Source: an uncultured Opitutales bacterium | GTDB taxonomy: Bacteria; Verrucomicrobiota; Verrucomicrobiia; Opitutales; Intestinicryptomonadaceae | Assembly: GCA_934613415.1 (NCBI GenBank) | Contig: CAKTSY010000006.1 | Span: 1-32,000 of the forward strand | DNA: 32,000 bases | Reading direction: 5' to 3' | Part shown: positions 25,823 through 32,000 of the stretch, in pieces | Position numbering within the stretch: the first letter of the stretch is position 1 | Layout: every line of letters begins with the position of its first letter | Position numbers and translations under genes: made by a program | Notes under the pieces: model-generated | Database searches by the model: none | Told to the model about the DNA's origin: nothing | What the model saw: only the letters and a program-made list of their open reading frames with translations

Positions 25823-26053
25823 TTAAAACTTTAGGCTTGAATTTATGTGGTTGCAAGTTGGGCAAGGCGCCTTGCCGTTTTTTGGATAGGCTGCATAAAC
25901 GGCGTTGCACTTGCGGCAATGGAAAATCACAATATGGGTAAGCTTTTCGTAATTTGCAAGCTCTTTGCGCTCGCGACGCCACGAAATAACGCAAACGGCT
26001 ATAAGAACCACCAATATAACCGCCGCTATATACGCTGCCAAAGAAATTGCCAT
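25823..26053 (-). CDS. Small membrane-anchored zinc-ribbon protein (hypothetical, 76 aa).
   Basis: N-terminal TM helix [24 protein letters not shown], then RRERK, then CRKC-X14-CPTC. It ends 11 nt upstream of the guaA start. ATG at 26053; the ORF track uses the TTG at 26059. Confidence 0.45.
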   Translation of the reverse strand: MAISLAAYIAAVILVVLIAVCVISWRRERKELANYEKLTHIVIFHCRKCNAVYAAYPKNGKAPCPTCNHINSSLKF

Positions 26054-26080
26054 TGCCAAATTGCGCTTGTTTAAAAATAC

Positions 26081-26115
26081 AAAAAGGCTTAATTCAAAAA
26101 GAATTAAGCCTTTTT
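26081..26115 (-). terminator. rplQ terminator.
   Basis: 11-bp stem aggcttaattc/gaattaagcct with flanking A-run and T-run. Confidence 0.8.
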
Positions 26116-26128
26116 AGAAAAGTTTTGG

Positions 26129-26656
26129 CTATGCCTTAACTTCTTCGGCTTTTTCTTCGGCGGGTTTTTCGTCCGCTTTTTTGGCCGTCTTTTTAGCTGC
26201 GGTTTTCTTTGTTGCAGCCTTCTTGGCGGTTTTCTTAGCGGCGGGCTTTTTAGCTTCTTTCGAATAACCCTTGTCGTCGGCTTCAATAAGCTCTATCAAA
26301 GCCATGGGCGAAGCATCGCCTACTCTTTCAACCAACTTGTAGATGCGGGTATAGCCGCCCTTGCGTTCAGCAAATTTGGCAACCTTTTCCGAGAAAAGCA
26401 TCTTTACCGCGCTTTCGTCTCTTACCTGGGCAAGAGCCAAGCGGTAGTAATGAAGCTTTACGGCTTTGTCTTCGGCCAACGAGGCCTTCTTTGCCAAAGT
26501 GATAATCTTTTCGGCAAAGGGACGAAGCGCTTTCGCATAAGTTAATGTTGTTTCAATTCTGTCGTGGCGGAAAAGAGCCGCCGAAAGCGAAGCCATTATC
26601 GAGGCTCTATGCTCTTTAGTTACGCCAAGTTGATATCTGTGTGTGTTGTGACGCAT
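26129..26656 (-). CDS. rplQ: 50S ribosomal protein L17 with a Lys/Ala-rich C-terminal extension.
   Basis: MRHNTHRYQLGVTKEHRASIMASLSAAL ... is the L17 core. The tail is KKPAAKKTAKKAATKKTAAKKTAKKADEKPAEEKAEEVKA. Confidence 0.92.
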   Translation of the reverse strand: MRHNTHRYQLGVTKEHRASIMASLSAALFRHDRIETTLTYAKALRPFAEKIITLAKKASLAEDKAVKLHYYRLALAQVRDESAVKMLFSEKVAKFAERKGGYTRIYKLVERVGDASPMALIELIEADDKGYSKEAKKPAAKKTAKKAATKKTAAKKTAKKADEKPAEEKAEEVKA

Positions 26657-26680
26657 TGTCTAAATCCAATTCTATTTTAA

Positions 26681-27673
26681 TTACGGCTGGTCGATTAAAC
26701 GTTCGTCTATCTTCATACCCAAAGAAAGACCTATTTGTTCGAGCTTTGCCTTTATTTCGTTGAGAGATTTCTTGCCGAAATTGCGGTATTTCAACATTTC
26801 CTGCTCGCTCTTCATTGCCAATTCGCCCACTGTGGTGATGTTGGCGTTGTTCAAGCAGTTTGCAGCGCGAACCGAAAGTTCTATTTCGTTTACGCTCATG
26901 TTCAAAAGCTTGCGAAGCCTGTTTTGTTCTTCGCTTACTTCCTTGCCCTTCGCTTCAAATTCGATAGATTCGTCGTTTACCTTGTCGAATACGTCGATGT
27001 GCAATTTCAAAATTACCGCAGCTTCTTTCAAAGCTTCGTCGGGAGTGATTCTTCCGTCTGTCCAAATTTCAAGGGTAAGTTTGTCGAAGTCGGTCATATG
27101 GCCAACGCGTGTCGACGACACCGTGTACCTTACCAAATCGATGGGACTAAAAAGAGAATCTACGGCTATTACACCGATGGGCTGGTCTTCGTATTTATTT
27201 TCGTCGGCGGGTTTCCAACCTCTGCCTGTCGAAATTTCCACTTCGGCCTGAAATCTTTTTTTCGTGTCGAGAGTGCAAATAACCTGTTCGGGGTTGATTA
27301 TCGTTATGTCCGAATCAAGCTGAATGTCGGCGGCCGTAACGGGCCCTTCCTTTTCGACGTCGATTAAGAGACGCTTGGCTTCGCGGCCAGTGCTCTTAAT
27401 CTTAATCTTTTTCAAATTCAGCACAATGTCGGTAACGTCTTCTACAACTCCGTCTATGCTCTGAAACTCGTGGTCTACACCCTCGATTTTTATCGAGCTA
27501 ATAGCCGCGCCTTCAATCGAGCTTAGTAGTACCCTGCGAAGAGAATTGCCTATCGTGTGCCCAAAACCCGTTTCAAATGGGTCAGCCACATACTTTGCGT
27601 AAGTCGGCGTCGCCGAAGCTTCGTCTTTTACAAGACGATTTGGAAGTTCAAATTTTCCGAGTCTTTTGGCCAT
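26681..27673 (-). CDS. rpoA: DNA-directed RNA polymerase subunit alpha.
   Basis: GFGHTIGNSLRRVLLSSIEGAAI in the N-terminal domain. C-terminal domain ELSVRAANCLNNANITTVGEL. Confidence 0.95.
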   Translation of the reverse strand: MAKRLGKFELPNRLVKDEASATPTYAKYVADPFETGFGHTIGNSLRRVLLSSIEGAAISSIKIEGVDHEFQSIDGVVEDVTDIVLNLKKIKIKSTGREAKRLLIDVEKEGPVTAADIQLDSDITIINPEQVICTLDTKKRFQAEVEISTGRGWKPADENKYEDQPIGVIAVDSLFSPIDLVRYTVSSTRVGHMTDFDKLTLEIWTDGRITPDEALKEAAVILKLHIDVFDKVNDESIEFEAKGKEVSEEQNRLRKLLNMSVNEIELSVRAANCLNNANITTVGELAMKSEQEMLKYRNFGKKSLNEIKAKLEQIGLSLGMKIDERLIDQP

Positions 27674-27696
27674 TTTGGAATCCTTCTTTTTAGTTA

Positions 27697-28305
27697 TTAA
27701 CGGGAGTAAAATTCAACGATTAGCTGTTCGTTGATGGACTTGTCCATTTCGTCGCGGATAGGCAGTCTGCTTATCGTGCCTTTGAATGCTCCCTCAACCC
27801 TTTCGAGCCATGCCGGAGGTGTGCGCAAAGCTGTGTCGTCGAGACCCCTTTGTGCCATCTGGCGCGAGTTGCTCTTTTCGGAAACTTCAATGGTGTCGCC
27901 GGGCTTGCATGCAAAGCTGGGAATGTCGGTTTTCTTACCGTTTACCAAAACGTGGCCGTGTGTTACCATCTGGCGCGATGCCTTGCGTGTGCGGGCATAT
28001 CCCAAAAGATATACAATGTTGTCGAGACGGCATTCGAGAAGTTGCATAAATACTTCGCCTGTTACGCCGTGCTGTTTCTTTGCGCGTTCGAAAGTAAGGC
28101 GGAACTGTTTTTCCGTCAAACCGTACATATAGCGCAACTTTTGTTTTTCGTTCAAACCCTGAGAATAGTCGGTTACCTTGCGGCGAAGAGTTTTGCCGTG
28201 TATGCCGGGTAAATAGGGTTTCTTTTCGTTAGCCTTCTTGCTCTGGAAAATGGGTTGTCCAAAGCGGCGGTTAATTCTGCTTGTCGGTCCTGTATAACGA
28301 GCCAT
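27697..28305 (-). CDS. rpsD: 30S ribosomal protein S4.
   Basis: MARYTGPTSRINRRFG ..., with an S4 RNA-binding domain (RLDNIVYLLGYARTRKASRQMVTHGHVLVNG). Confidence 0.95.
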   Translation of the reverse strand: MARYTGPTSRINRRFGQPIFQSKKANEKKPYLPGIHGKTLRRKVTDYSQGLNEKQKLRYMYGLTEKQFRLTFERAKKQHGVTGEVFMQLLECRLDNIVYLLGYARTRKASRQMVTHGHVLVNGKKTDIPSFACKPGDTIEVSEKSNSRQMAQRGLDDTALRTPPAWLERVEGAFKGTISRLPIRDEMDKSINEQLIVEFYSR

Positions 28306-28338
28306 ATTAAAATACCTCTTATCTTTAAAAAGTTAGTG

Positions 28339-28848
28339 TTATACTCTTCTTGCTTTGCGCGGACGGCAGCCGTTGTGGGGAACGGGGGTTGCGTCTACTA
28401 TGCTTGTAACAACAAAGCCGAGTGTTTGAAGAGAACGTATTGCAGCGTCTCTGCCCATACCGGGGCCGCGAACCTTAATGGCAACTTCTTTCATACCATG
28501 GCTCATTGCAACCTTGCCGGCGTCTTGGGTAACCATTTGGGCTGCATAGGCTGTGCTTTTTCTGGAACCTCTAAAGTTCATTTTGCCTGCGCTCGACCAG
28601 CTGATTACATTGCCTTGTTGGTCTGTAAATGTAACTTTCGTGTTATTGAAAGTGGCGTTAATGTGGCATACGCCCGATACAACGTTCTTGCTGCCCTTTG
28701 CCTTGCGAACCTTGATTTCGCCGATTTCGTCGGCAAGAATGTCCTTAGCCGAAGGCTGTGCGTTTTCGGGAGCAGCAGGAGCTGCTGCAGCTTGTTCTAC
28801 CACCTGTTCGGGAGCTACGCTTGTTTTTTGTTCTTTATCTTCGCTCAT
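28339..28848 (-). CDS. rpsK: 30S ribosomal protein S11 with an acidic/Ala/Pro-rich N-terminal extension of ~40 aa.
   Basis: Core [31 protein letters not shown] ... [14 protein letters not shown] saw no in-frame alternative start codon (ATG, or the GTT Val codon I checked) before the conserved core. Confidence 0.92.
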   Translation of the reverse strand: MSEDKEQKTSVAPEQVVEQAAAAPAAPENAQPSAKDILADEIGEIKVRKAKGSKNVVSGVCHINATFNNTKVTFTDQQGNVISWSSAGKMNFRGSRKSTAYAAQMVTQDAGKVAMSHGMKEVAIKVRGPGMGRDAAIRSLQTLGFVVTSIVDATPVPHNGCRPRKARRV

Positions 28849-28864
28849 TGTATTTTACCTGCGG

Positions 28865-29239
28865 TTATTTCTTGGTAACTACACCCACTGTTTTGCGGGC
28901 GCCCTTACGGGTACGGGCATTTGTGCTTGTGCGCTGGCCCCTTACGGGAAGACCCTTTGCATGACGCAAGCCTCTGTAGCTCTTAATTGCAGTCAACCTC
29001 TTAAGGTTGGCACCAATTTCGCGGCGCAAATCGCCTTCAACTTTAAATTGCTTTTCAGTAATTACCTGAACAACTCTGTTAAGCTGCTCTTCGGACAATT
29101 CCTGCGCGCGCGTTTTCGGATCGATACCCGCTTCTTCGCAAATAATCTTTGCTCTGGTCGGACCGATGCCGTATATGTATCTGAGTGCAAATTCCGTGCA
29201 CTTATTGTTTGGTATGTCTACACCGAGTAATCTTGGCAT
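28865..29239 (-). CDS. rpsM: 30S ribosomal protein S13.
   Basis: [26 protein letters not shown] ... [14 protein letters not shown]. Confidence 0.95.
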   Translation of the reverse strand: MPRLLGVDIPNNKCTEFALRYIYGIGPTRAKIICEEAGIDPKTRAQELSEEQLNRVVQVITEKQFKVEGDLRREIGANLKRLTAIKSYRGLRHAKGLPVRGQRTSTNARTRKGARKTVGVVTKK

Positions 29240-29334
29240 ATTATTTTCTAGTGTTAAAAGGTTCTAGTTTGCTGATTTTTTTCGTTTTGAAAAGACTTTT
29301 TTTAAAATATCGCAAAATTTACGGCTTTTTTTGC

Positions 29335-30102
29335 CTAAATATCTGCAATAGTCAGAATTTCGGGGCCCGAATCGGTAACTAAAATCGTGTGTTCGGAGTG
29401 GCTGCTTGCCTTTCCGTCTACAGTTTTAATTGTCCAACCGTCTTCAAGCTCGAAAATTTCGGGTGAACCAAGGGTTATCATAGGCTCTATGGCCAAACAC
29501 ATACCGCTTTTCAATACGGGGCCGGTTCCGGCCTTGCCGTAGTTGGGAATAGCGGGTTCTTCGTGCATCTTTTTGCCTACGCCGTGGCCTGTAAATTCCT
29601 CTACAATGCCGTAGCCTGCAATTTCAACACGCCTTTGTATTGCGGCCGATATGTCGCCCACGCGGTTTCCGGGCAAAGCCGCCGCTATTCCCTCCATCAA
29701 AGCCTCTTGCGAGGTCTTTACCAAATCGAGAACTTCGGGCTTAACATTGCCTACCGCAACCGTGCGGGTGTTGTCGCCAACAAACCCCTGATAGACCACG
29801 CTTACGTCCATACTGACGATATCGCCCGACTTGAGTATCCGCGAGGGAGAACCTATGCCGTGTATCACTTCGTCGTTTACGGACGTACATATATAAGAGG
29901 GAAAACGTAGGCTGCCCGATTTGTACTTGTAGCAAGCACTTCTCGCAGAATATTCTGCCATAAATTCTTTGGCCGCCTGATCGATTTCCCAGGTGGATAT
30001 GCCCTCACGCACTACTCGGCAGAGCTTTTCGAGTACGTTTGCGGCAATCACGCATGCTTTACGCATGATTCTTAAATCACGTTCAGATTTTATTGGAATC
30101 AT
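29335..30102 (-). CDS. map: Type I methionine aminopeptidase.
   Basis: Metal-ligand context VIHGIG, DIVSMDV, GDNTRT, FTGHGVG, LAIEPM, SEHT. Confidence 0.92.
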   Translation of the reverse strand: MIPIKSERDLRIMRKACVIAANVLEKLCRVVREGISTWEIDQAAKEFMAEYSARSACYKYKSGSLRFPSYICTSVNDEVIHGIGSPSRILKSGDIVSMDVSVVYQGFVGDNTRTVAVGNVKPEVLDLVKTSQEALMEGIAAALPGNRVGDISAAIQRRVEIAGYGIVEEFTGHGVGKKMHEEPAIPNYGKAGTGPVLKSGMCLAIEPMITLGSPEIFELEDGWTIKTVDGKASSHSEHTILVTDSGPEILTIADI

Positions 30103-30172
30103 ACTTACGCGCCGTCTATATTATGTTGTTATTGTTTATGTGAAAGAACAAAGCCGAGGTTGCTCTAACGAA

Positions 30173-31636
30173 TTAGAGCAAGCCCCACTTTCTGATTACC
30201 CATGCCGCAATGCCGACAACCGTAATTATAATTAGCGGAGTCCACAACGCCCACAGGTTTTTAAGTTGTTTCGAATCGAGAAGCTGACGCCTTTCGCCAA
30301 CGCTTTTACCCTTAATGCGCCCCTTTTGAAGGAAGCCGTCGTAGTGGCGTTGAAGAAGGTATGTCTCGATTTGACGCATCGTATCCAAAGCAACACCAAC
30401 TGCGATTAGCGCACCTGTGCCGCCGAAGAAACGTGAAACATTTTGGGGAACGCCCCATGCGTCTGTCAAAATATTCGGGAATACCGCGATTGCAGTTAGG
30501 AATATTGCACCTACCAAAGTCAAGCGCGTCATGATAAAGTCTAAGAACTTTGCGGTGGGTTCGCCGGGGCGCACGCCGGGGATATACCCGCCATAACGCT
30601 TTAAGTCGTCGGCAATCTGCAAAGGTTTAAACATTATCGAAACCCAGAAATACGAGAAAAGGAATATCAATACGCCAAAGCAAATGTTGTGCGTAGTTAA
30701 TCCGAAATAGCCGAAAATTTGTTGGGGCAAAAGCAATATTGCACTTGCAAAGATTATAGGCATAACGCCTGCATAGTTTACCTTTAAGGGCAAATACGAG
30801 CTTTGACCGCCCATAACCTTATTGCCTACAACCCTCTTTGCATACTGTACGGGAATTTTTCTTACGCCCTGTATCATTGCAATAATGGCGGCGGTTACCA
30901 AAAGCAATATGGCAAACAAAGCAATAGCCTTGTGGTAGCCAAATGCTGCACCGTCGGCGCCAATGGGCCTGTCGACAACCAATGTGTACATTTGCGAAAC
31001 AGCCCCCGGCAAGTCGGCAACAATGCCCACGGTAATCAAAATCGAAATACCGTTGCCTATGCCCCTTTGGGTAATTTGTTCGCCAAGCCACATCAATATT
31101 GCCGAACCCGTTACCAAGAATACTATGCCCATTGCCATAAACAGCGGAGTGCTGCCGGCAACAACCAAAGAACCGTATACGTTTTTATCGAAGCCCCTAA
31201 AGAGAGTTTCGGGAGTATACGCAATGGCGTAAAGCATCATTATGCCCTGTATGAACGCTATCAACAAGGTCAAATAACGGGTATATTGGGTAATTTTCTG
31301 CCTGCCAATTTCGCCTTCCTGCATTAAGCGGGCAATGCTGGGCATTACCGCACCCATAAGCTGAAGAATAATAGAAGCCGAAATGTAGGGCATAATGCCC
31401 AAGGCGAACAATGCTCCGTTAAGCATTGCGCCACCTGTGAACATATTGTACAAGCCTATAAGCCCGTCGCCCGAATTGCCGCCGCTTTCGGCATAGAACC
31501 TAATAAGAGGGCTCATGTCGATTCCGGGCAGGGGTATAGAAGCCCCAACCCTGGCGACAAATACAAGACCTAGCATCAGCAATAAACGCTGGCGCAACTC
31601 TTGTATTTTGAAGCAATTTGTGAATGCGCTTAACAT
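30173..31636 (-). CDS. secY: Preprotein translocase subunit SecY, with a C-terminal extension of ~40 aa containing an extra hydrophobic helix.
   Basis: Typical SecY N-terminus (ELRQRLLLMLGLVFVARVGASIPLPGI) and the canonical C-terminal end, YDGFLQKGRIKGK. This is followed by SVGERRQLLDSKQLKNLWALWTPLIIITVVGIAAWVIRKWGLL. Confidence 0.93.
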   Translation of the reverse strand: MLSAFTNCFKIQELRQRLLLMLGLVFVARVGASIPLPGIDMSPLIRFYAESGGNSGDGLIGLYNMFTGGAMLNGALFALGIMPYISASIILQLMGAVMPSIARLMQEGEIGRQKITQYTRYLTLLIAFIQGIMMLYAIAYTPETLFRGFDKNVYGSLVVAGSTPLFMAMGIVFLVTGSAILMWLGEQITQRGIGNGISILITVGIVADLPGAVSQMYTLVVDRPIGADGAAFGYHKAIALFAILLLVTAAIIAMIQGVRKIPVQYAKRVVGNKVMGGQSSYLPLKVNYAGVMPIIFASAILLLPQQIFGYFGLTTHNICFGVLIFLFSYFWVSIMFKPLQIADDLKRYGGYIPGVRPGEPTAKFLDFIMTRLTLVGAIFLTAIAVFPNILTDAWGVPQNVSRFFGGTGALIAVGVALDTMRQIETYLLQRHYDGFLQKGRIKGKSVGERRQLLDSKQLKNLWALWTPLIIITVVGIAAWVIRKWGLL

Positions 31637-31644
31637 GGCAAGCC

Positions 31645-32000
31645 CTATTTATTTTCGGAGGTCAAAACGGCCTTGCCGCCTGCAGCTTCGATAGCCGCTT
31701 TGGCAGACGCCGAGAATTTGTCGGCTGTTACGTTTAATTTCTTTGTAAGTTTTCCGTTGCCCAAAACTTTAACCAAGCAGGCATTTGCGCGAACCAAACC
31801 GGCTTTAACCAATTCGTCGCGGTTTACGTCGGCAACGTCAAGCTTTTCAAGGTCGTCGAGCTTTACAATTGCGTAGTCTACCGTAAAGTTGTAGTTGTTA
31901 AAACCTCTGTGGGGAAGTTTTCTGTACAAAGGCATCTGACCGCCTTCAAAACCCGGACGAACGTGGCCGCCCGAACGCGCTTTTGCGCCCTTATGACCCC
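31645..32000 (-). CDS. rplO: 50S ribosomal protein L15; the 5' end lies beyond the window edge.
   Basis: My translation upstream of the track ORF reads ...[33 protein letters not shown], the conserved L15 core. The frame is open to position 32000. Confidence 0.9.
   Translation of the reverse strand, partial: GHKGAKARSGGHVRPGFEGGQMPLYRKLPHRGFNNYNFTVDYAIVKLDDLEKLDVADVNRDELVKAGLVRANACLVKVLGNGKLTKKLNVTADKFSASAKAAIEAAGGKAVLTSENK

Noticed and set aside
25812-25994. 61-residue N-terminal extension of guaA in the ORF track (start at 25994).
   Set aside because: The canonical GuaA N-terminus [16 protein letters not shown] begins at 25811. The extension has a basic, Cys-rich junk composition and overlaps the small zinc-ribbon ORF.
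1-32000. Looked for CRISPR arrays, rRNA genes, long tandem repeats and known defence-system gene signatures.
   Set aside because: None seen. There are no regularly spaced direct repeats and no Cas, restriction, toxin-antitoxin or abortive-infection motifs recognisable in the ORF translations.

Overview
The window has an accessory left part (about 1-8.9 kb) and a housekeeping remainder. By inference only, it looks like a chromosomal segment from a PVC-type bacterium (Lentisphaerota, Verrucomicrobiota or Kiritimatiellota-like). That guess rests on PEP-CTERM-anchored surface proteins with beta-strand repeats and on strong rho-independent terminators.

Accessory part, left to right:
- The 5' part of a secreted repeat (adhesin-like) gene on the minus strand.
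- A perfect 26-bp inverted-repeat pair bracketing 127 bp of AT-rich DNA, directly between that gene and a divergent tyrosine recombinase gene. I read this as a candidate invertible promoter switch.
- A TrwC/MobF-type relaxase with a catalytically decayed helicase-like region and a Pro/Gln/Thr-rich tail of about 230 aa.
- A 370-bp hairpin-dense intergenic region, a candidate oriT or operator region.
- A 355-aa unknown protein.
- A small HTH ORF translationally coupled to a 673-aa large serine recombinase that carries a ParB-like HTH C-terminus.
- About 450 bp of non-coding DNA with tRNA-3'-end-like fragments, abutting tRNA-Glu(UUC).

Together these look like a roughly 7.5-kb integrative mobilizable element with two recombinases and no mating-pore genes.

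Housekeeping part:
- DUF481-like outer membrane protein and a LUD-domain protein.
- The coaD / yhaM-like / rdgB operon and the pgsA-pgpA operon.
- A LacI regulator with a heparinase II/III-like lipoprotein and a GH78-like glycosidase.
- tRNA-Pro(CGG), an SMR (SugE/Gdx-like) exporter and cysK.
- A 794-aa PEP-CTERM repeat protein, guaA and a small membrane zinc-ribbon protein.
- The tail of the ribosomal spc/alpha cluster: rplO (partial), secY, map, rpsM, rpsK, rpsD, rpoA, rplQ.

I saw no CRISPR array, rRNA gene or recognisable riboswitch. All functional calls come from motif recognition by eye in the supplied translations; no database search was possible.
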